From positions 64,001 to 128,000 of the forward strand of contig JAVQSZ010000001.1 in NCBI GenBank assembly GCA_033581555.1: a stretch of 64,000 nucleotides of DNA, written 5' to 3'. The translations under genes were made by a program, and so were the position numbers. Below the pieces are notes generated by a model, which was not told the origin of the DNA, did not search any database, and saw nothing but the letters and a program-made list of their open reading frames with translations. The stretch's first letter is position 1. Each line of letters begins with the position of its first letter. This document shows, piece by piece, positions 28,811 through 36,766 of the stretch. The DNA is from Nitrososphaerota archaeon. Its GTDB lineage: Archaea > Thermoproteota > Nitrososphaeria_A > Caldarchaeales > Calditenuaceae.

Positions 28811-29515
28811 GTGAACGCCTCCGAGTTGGAGTTAGGCGACGTTTTCAGGACCGCGGTTCCACCCCTGTTGTCAGCTATGTTAGTCCTAGGAGTTGTCGTT
28901 CTGTTCCCCGGGCTGATCCCCGGGACCTACAAGGTCACGACCGCGACCGTTCCAGTCCCCGTCTTCACGACACGGTTCGTTAACGTCACGACGACCCTGA
29001 CCACCGCCTACCTCGTCGACTCCCGGGGACCTGTTTGGGAGCCAGTGTTCGTGGACCTCTCGGAAAGGCCCACCGAGGGGACGATCACCGTCCTTAACAG
29101 GACGCTGACCAAGGAGAAGCCAGCGCTCGCAATAGTCTTCATAGCCGCGGCGCCCCGAGGTTACGAGTTCGCGAGCACGGTGAACGGCTTCGTCTACAGG
29201 CTCGAGGCTAAAGTCGCGAACAGGGTCACGGCGCTCGTCGCGGAGGCGTCACCTCCAGTCATCCCAGGGCTCAGCCGCGAGAACTTCAGGGACCTGCTGA
29301 CGGAGAGGGCGTTCTCACCGGTTAACGTCCTGCCGTTCCAGAACCCGAGGAGGACCGAAGTCTCACCGGGGCCCTTCACACTCCAGAGGGAGCGTGGAGC
29401 CTACGTGCCGTATCCGTGGCTCGCGATCTGGCCGATCTCGGTTCACCTCTACGGCATCGAGAGGGACGTCCACGTGACGGTCACGCTCTCCTACAGCCTG
29501 GTCGGGGCGAAGTGA
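28811..29515 (+). CDS. Membrane-anchored hypothetical protein with a Thr-rich linker; first gene of the E1 operon
   Basis: N-terminal TM followed by a TTxTT-rich stretch; stop overlaps the E1 GTG start (GTGA). Confidence 0.75.
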   Translation: MNASELELGDVFRTAVPPLLSAMLVLGVVVLFPGLIPGTYKVTTATVPVPVFTTRFVNVTTTLTTAYLVDSRGPVWEPVFVDLSERPTEGTITVLNRTLTKEKPALAIVFIAAAPRGYEFASTVNGFVYRLEAKVANRVTALVAEASPPVIPGLSRENFRDLLTERAFSPVNVLPFQNPRRTEVSPGPFTLQRERGAYVPYPWLAIWPISVHLYGIERDVHVTVTLSYSLVGAK

Positions 29516-30354
29516 GGCAGGAGCTCGCGCGGCGGACTCGGGTCTTCGAGATCTTCAGGATGGACGAGGACCGGTATGAGCGGCAGAGGAGGCTCTGGGA
29601 CCAGAGGAGGATATCGTCCCTGAAGGTCCTAGTGGGAGGTGCAGGGGCGCTCGGGAACGAGGTCGTGAAGAACCTGGTCCAGATCGGCGTGAAGAGGGTC
29701 TACGTCGTCGACTTCGACAGGGTCGTCCACTCGAACCTGAACAGGTGCCTCTTCTTCAGGAGAAGCGACGCGACCAAGAGGGCGAAGAAGGTCGATGCGC
29801 TCGCGAGGAGGGCCTCGGACCTCAACCCGGACGTGGAGGTCATTCCGGTCTTCGGGGACATTCGCGACCTCCCGAGCGACGTGATCAAGGACGTCGACAT
29901 GGCCCTTGGGGCCTTCGACAACCTCTTCGCTAGGCTCGTCCTCAACGCGATGTGCTACTCTAACGGTAAGCCCCTAGTTGACGGCGGAATGGAGGGGGTG
30001 CTCGGGACGGTCCAGGTCGTCCTCCCCCCGGAGAGCCCCTGCCTGGAGTGCGGGATGAGTGAGCGGGACCTCGAGCACATGTGGGAGAGGATCTCCTGCA
30101 GCGGCGACGTCGTCGTCGATGACGGTCCGAAGCTGCCCTACATTCCAATGACCGGAGCCCTCGTCGGAGCTCTGCAGGTCATGGAGGCGGTCAAGATAGT
30201 CCTCGGCCTCGAGTCCTACAGGTCTTCCGGGAGGTGGAACGAGTCGGTCGGAGCACCCCTCGTCGGCAAGTCCCTCTTCATCGACCTCAGGTCCAACCTG
30301 AGCTACGCCTACGACCTCCACAAGAGGAGCGACTGCAACGTCTGCGCCCCCTGA
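29512..30354 (+). CDS. Ubiquitin-activating E1-like enzyme (ThiF/UBA superfamily, UBA2/UBA3-like motifs)
   Basis: RYERQ, GAGALGNEVVKNL, DFDRVVHSNLNR, DGGMEG...QVVLPPESPCLEC, candidate catalytic Cys in ISCSG, C-terminal CNVC. Confidence 0.92.
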   Translation: MRQELARRTRVFEIFRMDEDRYERQRRLWDQRRISSLKVLVGGAGALGNEVVKNLVQIGVKRVYVVDFDRVVHSNLNRCLFFRRSDATKRAKKVDALARRASDLNPDVEVIPVFGDIRDLPSDVIKDVDMALGAFDNLFARLVLNAMCYSNGKPLVDGGMEGVLGTVQVVLPPESPCLECGMSERDLEHMWERISCSGDVVVDDGPKLPYIPMTGALVGALQVMEAVKIVLGLESYRSSGRWNESVGAPLVGKSLFIDLRSNLSYAYDLHKRSDCNVCAP

Positions 30355-30438
30355 TCGGGCAGTCCTCGCCTCGACCCCTGCCCGTTTCTCTCGCGTTCTG
30401 TGTCAAGATTTTATAGGTGCCACTAATTCACTCCACGC

Positions 30439-30852
30439 GTGGAAAGAACTAGGTCGAGGGCAGGCCTCAGCGAAGCCGTAACGGCCATTCTGCTGGTGGT
30501 GATCGGGATTGCGATGGCGCTCATGATCTGGCAGTTCTTCACACCACGTCCGACTGAGGAGCTGAGAATAGGGCCCGTCGACGTCTCGGGAGGGGTGGTC
30601 GTCTTCACGGCGCAGAACGTCGGGAGCGTAGACGCGGAGATAATCGGAGTCGCGTGCTACACCGCGGGACAGCCTCCGGCGGCCGGAGGAGGGGTGACTC
30701 CCTTGGGCGGCGCGGACACCAAGCTTCAGCAGGGCGAGTCGAGCACCTTCACCGGGAGCTGCGGAGGCGCGGAGCCAGGCAAGCCGATCAACGTGATGGT
30801 CTATACCAAGAACAAGGCCTACGGTCCTTTCACGGTCATCGTCAGGTCGTGA
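30439..30852 (+). CDS. Archaeal type IV pilin (candidate major pilin)
   Basis: Class III signal RSRAG|LSEAVTAILLVVIGIAMALMIW; own TTTTTATA box ~25 nt upstream. Confidence 0.85.
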   Translation: MERTRSRAGLSEAVTAILLVVIGIAMALMIWQFFTPRPTEELRIGPVDVSGGVVVFTAQNVGSVDAEIIGVACYTAGQPPAAGGGVTPLGGADTKLQQGESSTFTGSCGGAEPGKPINVMVYTKNKAYGPFTVIVRS

Positions 30853-30967
30853 CGAGTTCACCTCCTCAACGAGAGTTGATTTTTCGCATTGATAATCGAG
30901 CAAACCCGCGTTCTTCGATTGACGAGAAACACATATATCATGCCGGCACGAAGCAAACTTGATTGAC

Positions 30968-31789
30968 ATGATCGTTACCGTGAACGAGCTGACCACTAAG
31001 CGAAGCGTCAGGTTGGAGGTCGAGCCCGGCCACACGGTGAGGGCGGTCGTCGAGGAGGTGATGAAAGCGCTGAAGGTCCCGCCGCAGACGACGTACAGGC
31101 TGGTACTGGGCGGGAAGGAGATCGGGCCAGAACTCTTCGACAAGACGCTGGGCGAGCTGGGCATATCGGACGGTGCTGTGATGGACCTCGTCCCGAGGCC
31201 CGTCGGCGGATCAACCCTCTTGCCCAAGGAGAAGTTCCTGAAGAGGCTGGAGAGGGAGGAGGAGGACCTGAGGAACGGCGGGTACCCTTTCACCAGACAA
31301 GACGTCTGGAGTCCGATGAACTTCCCGATGGTCTACAGCGCAGGCTACGAGACGGTCAACGTGGCGGTGAGGTACACGGTCTCCTTCAGGGCCAGGGGGT
31401 TCGTCATGACGAAGAGGGGGATCGAGGAGCAGTGGGACCACTTGGCGAGCCTCTACGTCCTCGACTACTACCCCTACATGGATCCAAAGAAGGGTGCACC
31501 GATGAGGATATTCTGGGAGAGCGACATTTTCCACCCTAACATCTGCCCTGGGCCCCGCTTCAACGGAAACGGGCTCGTCTGCTGGAAGATGATCAAGGAA
31601 TGGGGGAAGACCTTCTCGCTCGCGACGCTCGTGAGGGGGCTTCAGCTCCTCGTCGAGAACCCAAACCCCGAAGACCCGCTCAGCAAGATACCGATATGCA
31701 TGCACGCAGCGTCCTTCTTCAAGGAGAACCCGCACCTCACGGGCACCTACAGGCCAGATACCGGAAGCAGGCCCAGAGTGATCGAATAG
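30968..31789 (+). CDS. Ubiquitin-like domain (ends PVGG) fused to a ubiquitin-conjugating E2 (UBC) domain
   Basis: Beta-grasp-like N-terminal 81 aa (TVRAVVEEV...YRLVLGGKEI...KTLGELGISDGAVMDL...GG at 31205-31210), then IFHPNI...LVCW (Cys codon 31580)...W...LVENPNPEDPL. Confidence 0.92.
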   Translation: MIVTVNELTTKRSVRLEVEPGHTVRAVVEEVMKALKVPPQTTYRLVLGGKEIGPELFDKTLGELGISDGAVMDLVPRPVGGSTLLPKEKFLKRLEREEEDLRNGGYPFTRQDVWSPMNFPMVYSAGYETVNVAVRYTVSFRARGFVMTKRGIEEQWDHLASLYVLDYYPYMDPKKGAPMRIFWESDIFHPNICPGPRFNGNGLVCWKMIKEWGKTFSLATLVRGLQLLVENPNPEDPLSKIPICMHAASFFKENPHLTGTYRPDTGSRPRVIE

Positions 31790-31799
31790 GTGCGAGGAC

Positions 31800-32282
31800 T
31801 TGAGGGGAGAGGAGGCGGGCGTCCTCCCCGTCTACGTCGAGCTGGAGGCCCTCGTTAAGGCCGTCAGGCACTGTAGGGAGGGACTGCCTTACGAGGTCAT
31901 CGGTTTCCTGATTGGAGAGCGGCTGAGGTGGAGGGACAAGCTCTACGTCTTAATCACCGACACCGTGAGGGGTAGGTCGGTTCAAACCCGCACCTACGTC
32001 GAGTTCGATCAGGACGCGCTGGCGGAGGTCGCGGGGCTCATCAGGGAGGAACACCCGGACGCTGAGATCGTGGGCTGGTACCACTCTCACCCGGGATACG
32101 GTTGCTTCATGTCCCCTACTGACATTCGCTCCCATACGACCTGTTTCCCCTATCCACATCAGGTCGCGCTCGTCATCGACCCAGTCAGAGGCGAGGCCTC
32201 GTTCTTCAAGGTCGATGGGGAAGGGGATTACCGAACCGTCCCATCTGCGGTGGTGAGGAGGACGCGTGGTCAGGATCGTTGA
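31800..32282 (+). CDS. JAMM/MPN+ metalloprotease (Rpn11/CSN5-like Ubl-processing protease)
   Basis: EVIGFLIG, IVGWYHSHPGYGCFMSPTD, ALVIDPV. Confidence 0.95.
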   Translation: MRGEEAGVLPVYVELEALVKAVRHCREGLPYEVIGFLIGERLRWRDKLYVLITDTVRGRSVQTRTYVEFDQDALAEVAGLIREEHPDAEIVGWYHSHPGYGCFMSPTDIRSHTTCFPYPHQVALVIDPVRGEASFFKVDGEGDYRTVPSAVVRRTRGQDR

Positions 32283-32433
32283 GGTAAGGGAGAGGGACGT
32301 CAGGGAGGCTCCGCCCCCCGTTGACGGGGAATACGAGCTGATAGCTGTCGACTGGGAAGGCGTCGGTTACGATCTCTCGGACCTTTTGAGCCAGTTGGAA
32401 GATGAAGCGAGCAGGGCTCGGACGGAAGACTAG
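32266..32433 (+). CDS. 55-aa acidic small protein overlapping the JAMM 3' end (below ORF-track cutoff)
   Basis: Manual translation MVRIVEVRERDVREAPPPVDGEYELIAVDWEGVGYDLSDLLSQLEDEASRARTED*; GAGGAGG upstream; fills the gap to the convergent gene. Confidence 0.65.
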   Translation: MVRIVEVRERDVREAPPPVDGEYELIAVDWEGVGYDLSDLLSQLEDEASRARTED

Positions 32434-32437
32434 GCGG

Positions 32438-33217
32438 TCAGGGTCCACGTCCTTCCGTGCCTCTTCGCGATATGCCCATGACGGCGGCCTTCGACTCGTT
32501 CAGGGCCTTCGCTAGAAGGCGCTCCTTCGGGCCGAGCCTCGTCCCCAGCGCGCTAAGGGCGAAGTCGATCTCGGAGGTGACCAACCTCGCGACCTCCTCG
32601 ATAAGTGGTTCAAGGGCACTCGAGCCCGACTCGTACTCCCTAAGGAGGACAGCCAAGTCGTCGCCGATGTAGAGGGCCCTGTAGATCGACCGATCAAGCC
32701 TCTTGTAGAGTTTCCTGGAGATCCTGATGAGCCGCAGCTCCCAGAGGGCGAGGTCCAGCAGCGCCCGAGCCTCCCTCTCCCTGCCGAGGGACTTCAGTAT
32801 TCCGAGCGACGCTACTGCGCCGATGAACGCCCTGTAGAGTTTGCCAGCCTCAGCGACCGTGAGGGGGATCAGCTTGGTGTTGAGCATGAAAGCGATCTGC
32901 GCCTCGTCCTTCAACGTGAGGACACTCTTCGCCTCCTCGCCGATGGCCTTGGCTAGGTCCTCCTTGCTCTGCTGGTCTGCCAACAGCGATGACGACTGTT
33001 CTCTGACGTCCGTCCACGACTTGCTCACGGCCAGCATCTTATCGAGGAGCGCCCCTATCGAGGACTCCCCAATCAACGGCGCCTCGGAGACGTAAAGTAC
33101 AGTTGGAGGCGGTAGAACGTATTGATTCACCTTTAGGACCTTGGGTCTGCTTCTCTTCAGCGACTCAGTTCGCCCCCGAAAGAAGAGAGAGCCCGACCGA
33201 TGTCCGCCACGACTCAT
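32438..33217 (-). CDS. Hypothetical helical protein co-transcribed with two pilin-like genes
   Basis: 259-aa ORF; ATGA overlap with the 33214-33672 gene. Confidence 0.75.
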   Translation of the reverse strand: MSRGGHRSGSLFFRGRTESLKRSRPKVLKVNQYVLPPPTVLYVSEAPLIGESSIGALLDKMLAVSKSWTDVREQSSSLLADQQSKEDLAKAIGEEAKSVLTLKDEAQIAFMLNTKLIPLTVAEAGKLYRAFIGAVASLGILKSLGREREARALLDLALWELRLIRISRKLYKRLDRSIYRALYIGDDLAVLLREYESGSSALEPLIEEVARLVTSEIDFALSALGTRLGPKERLLAKALNESKAAVMGISRRGTEGRGP

Positions 33218-33672
33218 CCCCTGCTCACCGCTAGGATCCCGACCCTATCAGCGGAACAGGTAAGCCTCGCGGTCCACGCGGAGAACGACCTGGTCGGGTC
33301 ATAAGTTCCCCAGACGACCGAGAAGAGCCTGTGGCCTATCACGACGGTACCGTCGGAGTTCCTGACCAGCTTGATGACCGTGAAGTTCACTGAGACGCTC
33401 GGCGGTGCAACTGACGCGATGATGGCGAGGGCCTCGTCGACGGGGATGCCGTCCTCCCGGCATACTAGGGCCTCCATCTGACCGCGCTCCGTCAGGGCCG
33501 CGACCATTTTGTTAGCGAGCTCCTCGAGGTCATTCCTCTGCTCAGAGACCGAGACGGTCTTCATGGAGACGATCTGATAGAAGAGGACAATCCCTATGAC
33601 AATGATGATTGAGGCCAGGATCGCCTCAACGGTCCAAACCATCCCGAGACGCCTGGAGCTCGACGTCCTCAT
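33214..33672 (-). CDS. Minor pilin-like protein
   Basis: RRLG|MVWTVEAILASIIIVIGIVLFY class III-like signal; ATG 33672 overlaps the upstream stop. Confidence 0.75.
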   Translation of the reverse strand: MRTSSSRRLGMVWTVEAILASIIIVIGIVLFYQIVSMKTVSVSEQRNDLEELANKMVAALTERGQMEALVCREDGIPVDEALAIIASVAPPSVSVNFTVIKLVRNSDGTVVIGHRLFSVVWGTYDPTRSFSAWTARLTCSADRVGILAVSRG

Positions 33673-34409
33673 GACACACCACCCGACCAAGCCCAGACCT
33701 CCACGCTCAGGGTCACCCCGTTCTCTGATACGGTCGTCTCCGAAAGGTAAACCGCATCGGGCGGTATCGAGACCCTGGACGGCTCGACAAAGCGGCCCTT
33801 CACGAACGCCACCACTAATTCGGGGTATACAGCCGGCACGACGTGATAAGAAGACTCCGTGAAGACCACCACGGGCGACTCGAAGATAATCGGTGCGATC
33901 TCGTAACCGGACTCGACTACCGTTGACCCACCGTAATAGCAGAGGCTTGCGCTTCCAGAGACCCGTGTAGTTCCGTCTTCCCCGTAATTCACGAGGCGGG
34001 GATCGAGCCGCAGGCCCCTCACGAGGACGCCGTACTGCGTCACTACGATCGTACCCCCGCCTCCTGTCGCGCAGGTCGTGTAATCGGACGGGAACGAGAG
34101 GGCGACAGCAGGGCCCGATTGCACTATCCTCTGCGTGAACGAGACCCTTGCGACGAAGTCGACCCTGATTCCCCTGAAGTCGTAGGAAGGCGCTCCCACG
34201 TAGGCGGGGTTCAGGAAGAAGGCGTCCCTCGAGGACCTGGAGACGAGCGATTTGATGAGGTTAAGGGCCGCCCTCGACTCGACGCGGACCATCGCGTCCT
34301 CAGTGAAGGAGAGGTAGCTCGATGCTCCGGAGAGCGCGGAGAAGACTACTAGACCAGCGACTAGCGCGAAGAGCGAGACCCCGATTGCCGCGTCAACCAC
34401 CGCCTCCAT
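33669..34409 (-). CDS. Pilin-like protein with an N-terminal hydrophobic helix
   Basis: MEAVVDAAIGVSLFALVAGLVVF then a beta-rich domain; no basic leader. Confidence 0.6.
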   Translation of the reverse strand: MEAVVDAAIGVSLFALVAGLVVFSALSGASSYLSFTEDAMVRVESRAALNLIKSLVSRSSRDAFFLNPAYVGAPSYDFRGIRVDFVARVSFTQRIVQSGPAVALSFPSDYTTCATGGGGTIVVTQYGVLVRGLRLDPRLVNYGEDGTTRVSGSASLCYYGGSTVVESGYEIAPIIFESPVVVFTESSYHVVPAVYPELVVAFVKGRFVEPSRVSIPPDAVYLSETTVSENGVTLSVEVWAWSGGVS

Positions 34410-34488
34410 TCTCGGTATATATCGGTCACCAACAGATAAGCATAATGCTGACTAGGGAAGGCAGATCTGTGAGAACGATTTATTACGT

Positions 34489-34815
34489 ATGAGCGCGGGG
34501 AGCGGCGGATTGGAGGACCTGCTCAAGAGGCTGAGGCTGGAGATCGTCGGCGACTTCAGGCAGTACCTGAACGCGCTTGAGCAGACCGGGGACGGCTCCT
34601 GGGAGGTGGCACTGACCGAGAAGGCAGAGGCCTTCGCGGGAACGATGGAGTGTCCGGTCGATAGGGAGGAGGTGCGGATCGAGGAGAGCGTGCTGTGCCC
34701 CATCTGTTACACGCCATATCACGTGGACTGTGCCAAGATCCTCGCCAGCAGGTCGGAGAAGTGCTGGAAGTGCGAGCGGTTCGACAGGTTCGACCTCCTT
34801 CTGAGGGGCAGGTGA
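34489..34815 (+). CDS. Small RING-type zinc finger protein (Prok-RING-like, putative E3)
   Basis: CPVD...CPICYTPYHVDC...CWKC, with Asp at the second ligand position. Confidence 0.8.
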   Translation: MSAGSGGLEDLLKRLRLEIVGDFRQYLNALEQTGDGSWEVALTEKAEAFAGTMECPVDREEVRIEESVLCPICYTPYHVDCAKILASRSEKCWKCERFDRFDLLLRGR

Positions 34816-34821
34816 CGCAAA

Positions 34822-35679
34822 ATGAGCCTGGAGCACGAGGCGAGTCGTCGGATCCTGATCAGCCTGCTGACTGATCCTCACAGGTCAGGCAGGACAATTT
34901 ACTTCGACCCAGATGCGCTATCGGCGAGGCTGGGTGGACAGGCATGGGACCACCTCGAGGCGATGATCGAGCTGGGCGAGAAGGGGCTCATCAAGTTCCA
35001 CTTCACCAAGGAAGTGGAACTTCTGTTCAGGTTCATACGCGCAAGGGCGAGGCTTGAGCACGTGGCCGGGTTGAAAGAGGTGGATGAGGTCGCCGACGAG
35101 CTGAGGAAGGCGAAGATCCTCGGCAGGATCGTAGGGAGGGACCTCGAGGTGATTAGGGATCAGAGGGTTCCTGACCACCTCGAGGCGCTCAGGGCCCTCT
35201 CGGTTCAACTCGGCAAGCTGCTGAAGCTCCTCGAGGGGAAGAAACTGGTCAGCAGGGAGGTCTACGAGATGGTTGCAGCGTCAGTGCTGTCCCAGACCGC
35301 TAACGTCGTTCAGTCTACGGAGCAGGTCCTCTCCTCTCTCAGGACGGCCCTAGCCGAACTCGTGGAGGTGATGAACGCATTGATTCAAGAGCGGGCGAGG
35401 ATATTGGGGCTCCGCGACAGGCTAGGCTTCAATCTCGAGGAGCTCGACTTGGTGTCGAACTCCTACCTCTCGGGCATCGAGGAGTTCAGGCGCCTCCTTC
35501 AGCAGATCGATCGACTGTTGAGGGGAGCCATACCGAACTGGGACGAGGTGATAGGGTCAGCTCAAAAGATGAGCTCGGAGTTCGCGCAGAGGGCGCCATT
35601 CGTTGACGTCGTCCTTAAACAGATGACCTCCATCAACGAGATGCTGAAGGCTGGAATTGAGACTGAACTTGGCCGATGA
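34822..35679 (+). CDS. Hypothetical coiled-coil protein, possible N-terminal wHTH and CdvA-like segment
   Basis: Starts 6 bp after the RING gene; MIELGEKGLIKF; LEGKKLVSREVYEM; long heptad helices. Confidence 0.75.
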   Translation: MSLEHEASRRILISLLTDPHRSGRTIYFDPDALSARLGGQAWDHLEAMIELGEKGLIKFHFTKEVELLFRFIRARARLEHVAGLKEVDEVADELRKAKILGRIVGRDLEVIRDQRVPDHLEALRALSVQLGKLLKLLEGKKLVSREVYEMVAASVLSQTANVVQSTEQVLSSLRTALAELVEVMNALIQERARILGLRDRLGFNLEELDLVSNSYLSGIEEFRRLLQQIDRLLRGAIPNWDEVIGSAQKMSSEFAQRAPFVDVVLKQMTSINEMLKAGIETELGR

Positions 35680-36709
35680 GGAACTTCACCCTCTTGACCT
35701 CCTCGGTGACCCCCTCGAGTACCTTAAGCGCCCGCTGGAGCCTATCGATGGAACCGTTCACGAAGTTGAGGTTGAGGTCTGAGCCTACCCGGAGCAGGCT
35801 TCTCATGGCATCGAGCTGCTCGCGCAACCTCTCGATGCTCCTCTCGAGGACCTCAACGTCTGTTTTACGCCTGCGAGTGAGCTCAGAGGCCCTCCTGGTC
35901 AACTCATGATAAAGGAAGTCGTACTCATCTTGGCTGATCTCGCCTATGCCGAGTCTCGCCTTGAGGAGCTCGAACTCTAACTTCAACTCGGCGGGAATGT
36001 CCTCCTGACCCTCGTCCTCAAGGAACTGCTTCGCAAACGACTCTAGGACCTCCTCGACCACCTCGTTTGACCAGGACGCGGTCGCGACGAGCTGCTCGGG
36101 CTGGAGGTCTCCGATGATGGTTCTCAGCAAGTCCGCCTCGAGCTTCTCCCGAACCTTTGAGAGGGTCTCCAGGGCCTCGCTCCCGAGACCTTTCGACCCC
36201 TCGAGCATCACCATAGACTCCTCGACCTCCCTCAGCGACCTCAGAAGGTCCTCGATCACCGCTGAGTTCCGGTCCTTCGATCCCAGGTAGTTGATCAGCG
36301 AGGAGATTAGCAGCGACCTCCTCCTGAGCAGAACGCCCATGAGGCTCGGCGAGGGCGGGACGTCATTGAGCGACGACCCGGGGATCGACAGCACGAGCTC
36401 CGTCATGACCCTCCTTACGCTCTCGTACTCGTACTCCTCGACCTTCCCGGACATGAATCCGTAGTCGAGCAGCCGGATCGCTTGGATCAGCATCTCCTTG
36501 GCCTCCTCATGGTCGGGGACTCCGACGATCGAGACCAGCCCGAGGGACTGCAGCCTGATCAGCCCCATCAGGACCTTCAGCTCATCGAGCCTGACGGCCT
36601 CCGCGGCCCCCTTCAGATCCACACGGACTCTGCCCCCCCTCCTCGGTAGCGAGGTCAGGTGCTGGATCAGCCGCACGTCCTCCTCCCTTATGCTCAACCC
36701 GCACCTCAC
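35633..36709 (-). CDS. Hypothetical coiled-coil protein with wHTH-like N-terminus and repeated G-x-[IV]-x3-Y motifs (CdvA/SHOCT-like)
   Basis: LIRLQSLGLVSI; SGKVEEYEYE, IIGDLQPEQL, LGIGEISQDEYD. Confidence 0.75.
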   Translation of the reverse strand: MRCGLSIREEDVRLIQHLTSLPRRGGRVRVDLKGAAEAVRLDELKVLMGLIRLQSLGLVSIVGVPDHEEAKEMLIQAIRLLDYGFMSGKVEEYEYESVRRVMTELVLSIPGSSLNDVPPSPSLMGVLLRRRSLLISSLINYLGSKDRNSAVIEDLLRSLREVEESMVMLEGSKGLGSEALETLSKVREKLEADLLRTIIGDLQPEQLVATASWSNEVVEEVLESFAKQFLEDEGQEDIPAELKLEFELLKARLGIGEISQDEYDFLYHELTRRASELTRRRKTDVEVLERSIERLREQLDAMRSLLRVGSDLNLNFVNGSIDRLQRALKVLEGVTEEVKRVKFLIGQVQSQFQPSASR

Positions 36710-36766
36710 CAGCCGTGCCGAATAAAAGCCGTTCGTGGGACATTAGGGGTGAGGGAACCTCTCACG

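Noticed and set aside
29512-30354. E1 as MoeB/ThiF/UbaA for sulfur transfer or SAMPylation
   Set aside because: Neighbouring E2 with HPN and Cys, RING and Rpn11-like JAMM, together with UBA2/3-like motifs, favour a conjugation cascade; no cofactor biosynthesis genes adjacent
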